From: an uncultured Gammaproteobacteria bacterium
GTDB lineage: Bacteria; Pseudomonadota; Gammaproteobacteria; JABCZS01
DNA length: 64,000 nucleotides
Direction: 5' to 3'
Assembly: GCA_963848305.1 (NCBI GenBank)
Contig: CAWKDC010000001.1
Location: forward strand, 384,001-448,000
A program made the translations under genes and the position numbers. The first letter of the stretch is position 1, and each line of letters begins with the position of its first letter. The notes under the pieces are model-generated. The model did not search any database. It saw only the letters and a program-made list of their open reading frames with translations, and was not told the origin of the DNA. Below, one piece after another: positions 1 through 8,739 of this stretch.

Positions 1-434
1 CGCCGTAATAAAATGATCGGCACCGCTGAACAATTGCAATACATTCTGCGCGATGAATCCATGCATGTGAATTTCGGTATTGATGTGATCAATCAAATCA
101 AAATCGAAAACCCACATTTATGGACGGCCGCATTCCAAGCGGAAATTTTAACCATGATCCGTGAAGGTGTTGAAATGGAATGTGAATACGCGGCTGATAC
201 CATGCCCCGCGGCATTTTGGGCCTGAATGCTTCGGTTTTCCAAGAATATGTGAAATTCATTGCGAATCGTCGTTTAGCACAAATTGGATTGCCTGAACAA
301 TACCCGCAAGCGAAGAATACATTCCCTTGGATGAGTGAACTGATCGGCAACTCAAAAAGGAAAAGAACTTCTTCGAAACACGCGTGACGGAATACCAAAC
401 CGGTGGCACGTTGTCATGGGGCGATGAGGCGTAA
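1..434 (+). CDS. nrdB: Ribonucleotide-diphosphate reductase class Ia beta subunit, 3' part (5' truncated; apparent frameshift at ~345-351)
   Basis: RDESMH iron-ligand motif and FPWMSE. The conserved tail [23 protein letters not shown] continues in another frame to TAA at 432-434. Confidence 0.92.
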
Positions 435-1620
435 ACATTTCCTAGGGTTGCGATGCGTCCCGGCTTTCGCCGAGACGCATCTTACCCTAGGCTAAATGCT
501 TAAAGGCCTACGGCCTTGAGTAAAAGGCCGTAGGCCTTTGAGTTTTTAGCCCAGGGTGATGTGTGCATAGCACACATCACCCTGGGTAAGAATGGTAAAG
601 CATATCAAGCGCTGAAAGCGCGTAACTGCCGAACATGTCTTTCGCACTTTCAGTGCTCAATGCATTCTCTCATACATTTCCTAGGGTTGCGATGCGTCCC
701 GGCTTTCGCCGAGACGCATCTTACCCTAGGCTAAATGCTTAAAGGCCTACGGCCTTATTGTCATTACCCTCGCAAAGACCGGGCACACCTCACCCTACCC
801 TGGATAAGAAATGCTTAAAGGCCTTGCGGCCTTAAGTAAAAGGCCGCAAGGCCTTTAAGTTTTTAGCCCAGGGTGAGGTGTGCATAGCACACCTCACCCT
901 GGGTAAGAAAGGTAAAACATATCAAGCGCTGAAAGCGCGTAACTGCCGAGCATGTCTTTCGCACCTTCAGTGCTCAATGCATTCTCTCATACATTTCCTA
1001 GGGTTGCGATGCGTCCCGGCTTTCGCCGAGACGCATCTTACCCTAGGCTAAATGCTTAAAGGCCTTGCGGCCTTATTGTCATTACCCTCGCAAAGACCGG
1101 GGCACACCTCACCCTGGGTAAGAAAGGTAAAACATATCAAGCGCTGAAAGCGCGTAACTGCCGAACATGTCTTTCGCACTTTCAGTGCTCAATGCATTCT
1201 CTCGTACATTTCCTAGGGTTGCGATGCGTCCCGGCTTTCGCCGGAACGCATCTTACCCTAGGCTAAATGCTTAAAGGCCTTACGGCCTTGAGTAAAAGGC
1301 CGTAGGCCTTTAAGTTTTTAGCCCAGGGTGAGGTGTGCATAGCACACCTCACCCTGGGTAAGAAAGGTAAAACATATCAAGCGCTGAAAGCGCGTAACTG
1401 CCGAGCATGTCTTTCGCACCTTCAGTGCTCAATGCATTCTCTCATACATTTCCTAGGGTTGCGATGCGTCCCGGCTTTCGCCGAGACGCATCTTACCCTA
1501 GGCTAAATGCTTAAAGGCCTTGCGGCCTTATTGTCATTACCCTCGCAAAGACCGGGGCACACTCACCCTACCCTGGATAAGAAATGCTTAAAGGCCTACG
1601 GCCTTGAGTAAAAGGCCGGG
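435..1620. repeat. Tandem array of ~240 bp nested-palindrome (REP/REPIN-like) units
   Basis: Five CCTAGGG..CCCTAGG hairpins (441, 680, 997, 1212, 1452), four GCGCTGAAAGCGCG..TCGCACYTTCAGTGC modules (609, 926, 1141, 1381), three full CCCAGGGTGA..TCACCCTGGG hairpins (550, 867, 1322) and AAGGCC..GGCCTT junction palindromes. Confidence 0.95.
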
Positions 1621-1626
1621 GCACCT

Positions 1627-2460
1627 CTACAAAAAAACTTTTGACAACAGAACCCCGGGCGCAATGCCCCGTAATATCTCCTGCGTCACTGTCCAATAAC
1701 TGATAATGGTATCATTTTGCTCCGCCAGGGCAACCGCTTCAATTTCCGCATATGCGCGTTGATCAGCGATCAACGTAATCAACGCTGCTTGAAGGGGCTG
1801 CACGCTGGGATTGTACGCCGCGTTCTCAAGAGAAGATCCCTGATAAATTTCACCCGTTTTTAACTGTATTGCAACGCCAGATCTACACCGTGAATAAGGG
1901 GCATATGACAATAGCGCAGCTTCAATCGCTTTCGTGTGCAGCAGCGAAGATTGAGATTCAACAATAGGAGTTGTTACAGGCGACATTAAATTACCCACAA
2001 ACCCCAAATCCTGCGGGCCAAACGCTTGGGGCAGCAATGTTGATAAACATTGCATTGGTACATGGGGAATCACTATTTGAAAATCATGCCCTATTTCGTT
2101 CAAAAATTGTCGACAATGCCCACAGGGTGCTGCTGAGACCGCCATGGACACAATTCCCGTTTCGCCATGCGCCCTGGCCAATGTGATGGCAAATTGTTCC
2201 GCATGGATGCTGGCATTTAAGGGCATGCCAGGAAACTCGAGGTTCACACCCAGATAGATTGCCCCACTCTTCCCCAATATAGCCACACCGACTTTAAAAC
2301 CAGAAATCGTGGGCAGTGCACGTGTCTGGGCGTAAGGAATGAGTTCATTCAAAAAATCTTCCACACGAATATCGTGTGATTTCGTATATTGAAAGACTTG
2401 TTCTGCGGAAATGACAAAGGGACTATTCCCCATGAGGCTGGTTATATGATGTTGACTCAC
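1627..2460 (-). CDS. cdd: Cytidine deaminase (dimeric E. coli type)
   Basis: HAEQ and PCGHCRQF zinc motifs; YAPYS and ENAAYNPS in the second domain; AGGAGG RBS before the GTG. Confidence 0.93.
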   Translation of the reverse strand: MSQHHITSLMGNSPFVISAEQVFQYTKSHDIRVEDFLNELIPYAQTRALPTISGFKVGVAILGKSGAIYLGVNLEFPGMPLNASIHAEQFAITLARAHGETGIVSMAVSAAPCGHCRQFLNEIGHDFQIVIPHVPMQCLSTLLPQAFGPQDLGFVGNLMSPVTTPIVESQSSLLHTKAIEAALLSYAPYSRCRSGVAIQLKTGEIYQGSSLENAAYNPSVQPLQAALITLIADQRAYAEIEAVALAEQNDTIISYWTVTQEILRGIAPGVLLSKVFL

Positions 2461-2537
2461 TTTATCCTCCTGGGCTGTGGGGGGATTTTAACATGAAATC
2501 CAAGAATCAGAGGTAATCCGTCCTGTTTTTATCATTT

Positions 2538-2603
2538 CTGTCGCGCTTTCAGCGTTCAGTGCATTGATGCATATATTACCCCTGAAGCAAGGGTACCCTA
2601 CAA
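2538..2603. repeat. Degenerate relic of the array unit plus a GTAG-REP half site
   Basis: tcgcgctttcagcgttcagtgcatt resembles the array's tcgcactttcagtgctcaatgcatt; followed by gggtaccctacaa. Confidence 0.55.
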
Positions 2604-2613
2604 GTTGGCACAA

Positions 2614-4008
2614 TTATTTCTTTGTAAACCGCTTCAAGCGTGCCCGTTTCTTCAACTGACGGGGTGTTAAAATATTTTTCCGGCCTTCATATGGATTTTC
2701 GCCTTGCTGGAACACAAAGCGAACGGGAGTTCCGACCATTTTCAATGCAGCCCTGAAATAATTTTCAAGATAGCGTTGATAGGTGATAGGCACATCCGCT
2801 GTTTGGTTACCATGAATCACGATGATAGGCGGCAAATGCCCGCCGGCATGTGCATAGCGCAATTTAATCCGGCGACCATGCACAGAAGGCGGTTGATGTG
2901 CAAACACCGCTTTTTGTAAAATGCGTGTTAGCTTCGAGGCGGATAACTTCATTGTTGCACAGGCATACGCTTCGTTCACTGCATCAAGCAACACCCCTAC
3001 TCCGCTGCCATGTAAAGCAGAAATAAAATACAATTTTGCAAATGACACAAACTCAAGCTGGCGATCAATCGCGGTTTTAATTTTGACACGTTGCTCTTCA
3101 CTGAGATGATCCCATTTATTGACTGCAACCACCAAAGAACGGCCTGCATCTAAAATAAAACCCAATAAGCTCAAATCTTGATCGGTCAAGGCATCTTGCC
3201 CATCAATCATGTAAATCACCACGTGCGCATCTTCAATCGCCTGCAATGTCTTCACCACAGAAAATTTCTCAACGGCTTCATCAATGTTCTTGCGGCGTCT
3301 CACCCCCGCAGTATCGATAATGGTATAACTTTGACCGGCACGTTCAAAAGGAATATAAATGCTGTCGCGGGTTGTGCCTGGTTGGTCATACACGATCACG
3401 CGCTCTTCGCCCAGAATGCGATTCACTAGCGTTGACTTGCCCACATTCGGGCGACCTACAATGGCCAGTTTGATGCCGCGAGGCGGTAAGTCGGCTTCTG
3501 GCTCGCCCGATGTTTCAACAACCACTTCATACACCGCATCCATCAACGGTTTAATGCCGCGGTTGTGACTCGCAGCAATCGCATGCACATGCTTAAAGCC
3601 GAATGCATAAAAATCAGACATGGCAGTCACTTCATCGCGGCCATCCGTTTTATTCACAACACAAAAAATAGGTTTATCAACACGACGTAATGCTTTTGCG
3701 ATGAAATGATCATTGGGGGTAAGACCGGCAAGCCCATCCACCAAAAATAAAATAATATCTGCTTGCATGACAGCCAACCAAGACTGACCAGCCATCATGG
3801 AATCCATGCCTTCTTCTTGGCCACTGATCCCGCCAGTATCAATCACGATATAAGGAAACGGGCCGACTTTACCTTCGCCAAAATGTCGATCCCGCGTGAC
3901 GCCGGGCATATCATGTACCAGCGCTTGCTGTGATCGCGTGAGACAATTAAACAAAGTAGACTTGCCCACATTGGGCTGCCCAATAATCGCAATGACCGGC
4001 GCTGACAT
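2614..4008 (-). CDS. der: Ribosome biogenesis GTPase Der/EngA
   Basis: Two tandem GTPase domains (GQPNVGKS and GRPNVGKS, DTGG and DTAG, NKTD and NKWD) plus a KH-like C-terminus. Confidence 0.97.
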   Translation of the reverse strand: MSAPVIAIIGQPNVGKSTLFNCLTRSQQALVHDMPGVTRDRHFGEGKVGPFPYIVIDTGGISGQEEGMDSMMAGQSWLAVMQADIILFLVDGLAGLTPNDHFIAKALRRVDKPIFCVVNKTDGRDEVTAMSDFYAFGFKHVHAIAASHNRGIKPLMDAVYEVVVETSGEPEADLPPRGIKLAIVGRPNVGKSTLVNRILGEERVIVYDQPGTTRDSIYIPFERAGQSYTIIDTAGVRRRKNIDEAVEKFSVVKTLQAIEDAHVVIYMIDGQDALTDQDLSLLGFILDAGRSLVVAVNKWDHLSEEQRVKIKTAIDRQLEFVSFAKLYFISALHGSGVGVLLDAVNEAYACATMKLSASKLTRILQKAVFAHQPPSVHGRRIKLRYAHAGGHLPPIIVIHGNQTADVPITYQRYLENYFRAALKMVGTPVRFVFQQGENPYEGRKNILTPRQLKKRARLKRFTKK

Positions 4009-5171
4009 TAATTATCCTTTGGAACAATGTTAAACTTCTGTACACGTCCGGTGTGGTTTTGAATGATAACGCCCTGTGAATCAACCAAAATCGGTGCCCG
4101 AATATCATCGCCCGTATGTTTGTGCCCAAGCAGTTGCCCATCACTCAATGAAAACGCAAATAAATATCCATGCACGTCACCAACCACCACATACTGTTCA
4201 TAGATAGCAGGGGATGAGATATAACGACCGTTTAATTCATCTTGCTTCCAGCGGGTTTGACCTGTCATGCGATCAAGCGCATACAGATTGTCGCTCGCAT
4301 CAGACACGATCAGATCATTTCCTGACACTGTCAACCCCACGTAAGAAGACATGGGTTGCGACCAAACCACCTCTAACCTCGGCAAATCGATCGCGAGCAA
4401 ATTACCATGGAACGTCACAACGTACACCATATTGTCAACACGTGCGATTGTGCCGTCAATGTCTACCATGCGATCGATCTCATTTTTACCACGGGGTTGA
4501 GCTGCCGCCTCCAGCCACAACACTTGCCCCGTCATTAATTTGAATAAGCCCACCTGGCCATTGGCAAAACCCACAAAGGCCATGTCTTCTATGATCACCG
4601 GATCCGCGGCACCACGCAACGTGAGCGCCGTTGGAGTGGCATCGTATGTCCATAATGATTTACCCGTATGGGCATCGAGACCATGTAAGCGGCTGTCAAT
4701 CGATAAAGCCACTAACGCATCAGCATCACCGCGCGGCGCGGCCAACACCTCAGAGCTGACTTGTGAGGTCCACAATACTTCACCGTCTTCCTTGCTCAAA
4801 GCAACGACCTGCCCGTTCGAACAACCCATCACAATGGCGTTATCATCTTCACCGGCCGCACTGCTGAAAGGCATTTTGGTTTTGGAGCGCCAGATGCGCT
4901 TACCGGTGAAGGGATCGACCACCACCATCACTCCGCGATAATCAGGAATGGCCAACCATTGCTGACCCTGGTGCATCACGAAATTTGGGTACAATTTCAT
5001 TTGAATGTCACCCAAACCTTGCGAGCCACCTGCGCTCCAAAGTGATTCGAAAGCGACCTGATGCACAAATTTAGGCGGCCTGGTTGAGGCCTTCGGCAAG
5101 TAACTGCACGAAACCAACAACAACACAGAAGCAAGGGCAACACATTGCCAGAGACGTTTGAAAGACATCAT
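4008..5171 (-). CDS. bamB: Outer membrane assembly lipoprotein BamB
   Basis: Lipobox LVSC, PQQ-like propeller repeats, position between yfgM and der. Confidence 0.9.
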   Translation of the reverse strand: MMSFKRLWQCVALASVLLLVSCSYLPKASTRPPKFVHQVAFESLWSAGGSQGLGDIQMKLYPNFVMHQGQQWLAIPDYRGVMVVVDPFTGKRIWRSKTKMPFSSAAGEDDNAIVMGCSNGQVVALSKEDGEVLWTSQVSSEVLAAPRGDADALVALSIDSRLHGLDAHTGKSLWTYDATPTALTLRGAADPVIIEDMAFVGFANGQVGLFKLMTGQVLWLEAAAQPRGKNEIDRMVDIDGTIARVDNMVYVVTFHGNLLAIDLPRLEVVWSQPMSSYVGLTVSGNDLIVSDASDNLYALDRMTGQTRWKQDELNGRYISSPAIYEQYVVVGDVHGYLFAFSLSDGQLLGHKHTGDDIRAPILVDSQGVIIQNHTGRVQKFNIVPKDN

Positions 5172-5824
5172 TAGCGGTACGTCTCCGTTTTCATTTCAAG
5201 CAATACATTATTAAAGTCTTGCCCTTGATAGGCTGCCAATGCTTCACCATAATGAATGGCAGCTTGTTTCGTATCGCCTTGCGCAATGGCAATATCGCCC
5301 CGCAATTCTTCAGCACCCGCAATAAATGCACCATTGGGGCTGGCAGAATGAAGAGACATGCTTTGCAGCAATGCCAACGCGGCGTCATAATCTTTTTGTT
5401 CAAACTTCAACTGTGCTAAACGCAATGTGGCCAACGGTCTTGCAAAGTCTTTGCCATTGGCACGGACCCAACCCAAAGTTGCTTCGGCATCTTCATAATG
5501 CTGGTCAAACGCTGCGCGCGATGCTTCTAGTAAGGCCACAGCAGAAGCATAAGGTGTTTTTGGATAATCTTCGCGCAACTTTTTGAAGCTAGCGGCCAGG
5601 GGCTCTTCATCGCCTTTCATGAGGGCTTGTTGGTATTCACTGTACAGCTTGGAAGCCGCAACATCCCTTTGGATCATTTGCTTTTCATAGAACTGATAGC
5701 CAAGTGTGATTGCTATTGCCAAACCCAACGCTATCCACAAGCTCTTCCCATGCTTATCGAGCCAAGCCTTAACGCGTGCGGGAGTATTATCATCAATTTG
5801 AAGGTTGTCGAGCATTTTTTCCAT
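5171..5824 (-). CDS. yfgM: YfgM-family TPR membrane protein
   Basis: N-terminal TM helix, YPKTPYA and LRLAQL TPR motifs, hisS-yfgM-bamB synteny. Confidence 0.85.
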   Translation of the reverse strand: MEKMLDNLQIDDNTPARVKAWLDKHGKSLWIALGLAIAITLGYQFYEKQMIQRDVAASKLYSEYQQALMKGDEEPLAASFKKLREDYPKTPYASAVALLEASRAAFDQHYEDAEATLGWVRANGKDFARPLATLRLAQLKFEQKDYDAALALLQSMSLHSASPNGAFIAGAEELRGDIAIAQGDTKQAAIHYGEALAAYQGQDFNNVLLEMKTETYR

Positions 5825-5825
5825 C

Positions 5826-7091
5826 CTAGTTCACAGTGATCTGCTGCCTTAAAAAGTCCAATAAGGTTTCATCCATAGGCCAACGGGCTGGGTCAATGTT
5901 ATCACGTAATGCTTTTAAAATCACAGTCTTTTCTGCTAAACCTTCGTCATCTATGACCATGGCAAACAAAGCACCCGATTTATCCGCACGTTTAAAGAGA
6001 TTTTTGACGTTGGTTCCTCCCAACAGGGTTTCAACACGCAGCCTCGGGATGTTGCGCAACTGATTCGCCATGATCATCGCCGGCGCAACCGCTGTCTCTG
6101 AAGCAGGTAACACGCAGACATGGGGCGCTGCTGTGATGGTCACTTCGGGCAACAAACCCGTCAACCGTTCCATGCCTAATGCAAACCCCATGGCAGGTGT
6201 TGATTTCCCACCCAGCAGTTCAACCAAACCATCGTACCGTCCGCCCCCACACACTGTCCCTTGAGCACCTAAGGCATCTGTGATCCACTCGAACACGGTG
6301 TGCGCATAATAATCAAGGCCGCGCACCAAGCAAGGATTGACCGTGAAAGCAATCCCCAACTCTGTCAGCAAGCGCTGAAGCCCTTCAAAGTGTCTGATCG
6401 TTGTTTCGCCCAGGTAATCAATGAGTTTTGGGGCATTTTGCAACAGTTGTTTCACATCCGGATTTTTGGAATCGAGAATGCGCATGGGGTTTTTATGCAA
6501 ACGTTCACGACACTCATCATCAAGCTTATCATGATGGGCAGTAAAATAAGTGATGAGTGCAGCACGATAAGCCTTACGCTCTTCAGGCAAACCCAATGTA
6601 TTAATTTCCAACCTCAGGGATGGCAATATCCCGAGCTTGTGAAAAAGTGTTTGCGTGGCTTGAATGATTTCTGCGTCTATATCGGGGCCAGTCATGCCAA
6701 ATGCTTCCATCCCAAATTGGTGGAACTGGCGGGTGCGCCCTTTCTGGGGACGCTCATGACGAAACATCGGACCCATGTACCACAAACGCTGGATCTGATT
6801 ATGCAATAATCCCGCTTGGATACCTGCACGGACGCAACCCGCTGTGGCTTCTGGCCTAAGGGTCAAGCTGTCCTCATTACGATCCACAAAAGTGTACATC
6901 TCTTTCTCGACGATGTCCGTCGTGTTGCCCAACGTCCTTAAGAACAGTTCAGTTGGTTCGACAATGGGCGTACGGATTTCTTGATAATTGAAACCTGCCA
7001 TCAAGGAACGAATGATTTCCTCAACATAAGCCCAGCGCATCACTTCATCAGGCAAAATGTCGTGCATACCACGCACGGCTTGAAATTTCAT
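5826..7091 (-). CDS. hisS: Histidine--tRNA ligase
   Basis: VRGMHD, LRPEATA, RHERPQKGR, VRGLDYY and GGGRYDGL motifs. Likely start is MKFQAVRG at 7091. Confidence 0.97.
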   Translation of the reverse strand: MKFQAVRGMHDILPDEVMRWAYVEEIIRSLMAGFNYQEIRTPIVEPTELFLRTLGNTTDIVEKEMYTFVDRNEDSLTLRPEATAGCVRAGIQAGLLHNQIQRLWYMGPMFRHERPQKGRTRQFHQFGMEAFGMTGPDIDAEIIQATQTLFHKLGILPSLRLEINTLGLPEERKAYRAALITYFTAHHDKLDDECRERLHKNPMRILDSKNPDVKQLLQNAPKLIDYLGETTIRHFEGLQRLLTELGIAFTVNPCLVRGLDYYAHTVFEWITDALGAQGTVCGGGRYDGLVELLGGKSTPAMGFALGMERLTGLLPEVTITAAPHVCVLPASETAVAPAMIMANQLRNIPRLRVETLLGGTNVKNLFKRADKSGALFAMVIDDEGLAEKTVILKALRDNIDPARWPMDETLLDFLRQQITVN

Positions 7092-7104
7092 GAAAAACCT
7101 CGAC

Positions 7105-7773
7105 TTAGAATAACATCTCATCCTCGGATGTATCGTTCTGCTCAACCCGCGGTGCATTGGTTTTCGGCGTAACTGCTTTTGGAGCCTGGCGGACGGGCGC
7201 TTCATTGACCTTAGGTGCCTCAACAGCGGCAGGACTGGCTTGAGCAGCTGGCGCTTGTACTTCTATCTGGGCTGGCACCATAGGCGCATGGGGAGCTACC
7301 TCTTCAGGCGCAAATGACTGTGGCGCCGGAACGTCAATGCTTTGATTCTCAACAGGCGTATCTTCGTACTGAAACCACATGAAACCCAACATGCCACAGA
7401 CCAAAGCCCCCAATATACCCCAAAGCATGAAGGAGCGATTCTTGTGGGTTTCTGTTTGGAAACTGGATAATTTGCTGTTCGTGGGATTATTACGTTCTGC
7501 CAGAGCTCGAACAGGGTCAATCAGGCCCAACTGCGTGAATTCAATGATCACTTGCTCCGGATCCACGCCAACAAGGCCGGCAAAGGCACGCAAGTAACCC
7601 TTGAAAAAGACAAGGGGCATTTGACTGTCATAGTCATCAGCCTCTATGCGTCTGATCACATCAGGATGTAGGCGCATTTCCTGCGCGATATCCTCTTGCT
7701 TCTTGCCCAACGCTTCACGCGCAGCGCGTAAGCGCTTGCCGGGCCCCATCACTTGCTCAAATCCTTGTGCCAT
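7105..7773 (-). CDS. rodZ: RodZ-like HTH membrane protein (short C-terminus)
   Basis: GKRLRAARE HTH, KGYLRAFA, single TM helix, Pro/Ala-rich tail; synteny. Confidence 0.8.
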   Translation of the reverse strand: MAQGFEQVMGPGKRLRAAREALGKKQEDIAQEMRLHPDVIRRIEADDYDSQMPLVFFKGYLRAFAGLVGVDPEQVIIEFTQLGLIDPVRALAERNNPTNSKLSSFQTETHKNRSFMLWGILGALVCGMLGFMWFQYEDTPVENQSIDVPAPQSFAPEEVAPHAPMVPAQIEVQAPAAQASPAAVEAPKVNEAPVRQAPKAVTPKTNAPRVEQNDTSEDEMLF

Positions 7774-7824
7774 TATTGCACCTCGCTGTTTTAAAAAGAA
7801 CACTCACACAATCATAGCAAAGTT

Positions 7825-8253
7825 TTAGCGAACGATTTCATCATCTTTGAAAAAATATTTAATCTCCACCGCGGCTGTTTCCACAGCATCCGATCCATGC
7901 ACTGCGTTCGCATCGATTGAATCGGCAAAATCCGCACGAATCGTGCCAGGCGCAGCGTCTTTGGGGTTGGTTGCGCCCATTAATTCGCGGTTCTTCAAAA
8001 CGGCATTTTCGCCTTCGAGGGCCTGAATCATGACAGGGCCAGAAATCATGAATTCCACAAGGGCATTAAAAAAGGGACGCGCACGGTGCACGGCATAAAA
8101 GCCTTCCGCATCTTGGCGGGTGAGCCGTGCCATTTTAGCAGCCACAATTTTCAGGCCATTGTCTTCAAAACGGCTGTAAATTTTCCCAATCACGTTTTTA
8201 GCAACGGCATCAGGTTTGATAATAGAAAGGGTACGTTCAATCGGCATGGTCAT
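7825..8253 (-). CDS. ndk: Nucleoside diphosphate kinase
   Basis: [27 protein letters not shown]. Confidence 0.98.
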   Translation of the reverse strand: MTMPIERTLSIIKPDAVAKNVIGKIYSRFEDNGLKIVAAKMARLTRQDAEGFYAVHRARPFFNALVEFMISGPVMIQALEGENAVLKNRELMGATNPKDAAPGTIRADFADSIDANAVHGSDAVETAAVEIKYFFKDDEIVR

Positions 8254-8590
8254 CTCCTTCAGATGTTTTTAATGTAAAACTCTCCCCGCAGCCGCAATAG
8301 TGATCAGCATTGGGATTATGAAACTTAAAGTGGCGGTTCAGTCCTTCAGTGACAAAATCAATCTCAGTTCCGTCAAGCTTGCCCAAATCGCCCTTGTTAA
8401 CCACCACGCTCACCTCGTGCTCTGCAAAGACCCTGTCTTCAAGCCCCACATTCTCGGCCATGCCCACACTGTAGGCGAATCCCGAACAACCTGTTTTTTT
8501 AACACCCAAACGAAACCCCATGGCTTCTGGATGTTTCGCCATGATCGTTTTAATATGCGCAGCTGCTGCGGATGTAAGGTGGATAGTCAT
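8237..8590 (-). CDS. iscA: Fe-S cluster assembly A-type carrier
   Basis: KKTGCSG and CGCGESF motifs. Confidence 0.9.
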   Translation of the reverse strand: MTIHLTSAAAAHIKTIMAKHPEAMGFRLGVKKTGCSGFAYSVGMAENVGLEDRVFAEHEVSVVVNKGDLGKLDGTEIDFVTEGLNRHFKFHNPNADHYCGCGESFTLKTSEGDDHAD

Positions 8591-8655
8591 GGGCGTATGA
8601 TGAACTATTATTTGAACTGTGTCAATGAGATCGGAGCAACCCCGGCGCTTCGTGA

Positions 8656-8686
8656 ATGGGCGGGAGTACCCGCCCCTACAAGGGGG
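8656..8686. repeat. GTAG-type REP palindrome
   Basis: gggcgggagtacccgcccctacaa; 25 bp (8656-8680) identical to 28425-28449. Confidence 0.8.
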
Positions 8687-8739
8687 CTATCATTTTCCTC
8701 ATTATGAAGTACAATGATAAAGCACAAGGAGGATGCGCT

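Noticed and set aside
435-1620. CRISPR array
   Set aside because: Units are ~240 bp, the intervening sequences are themselves repeated rather than unique spacers, and no cas genes are present.
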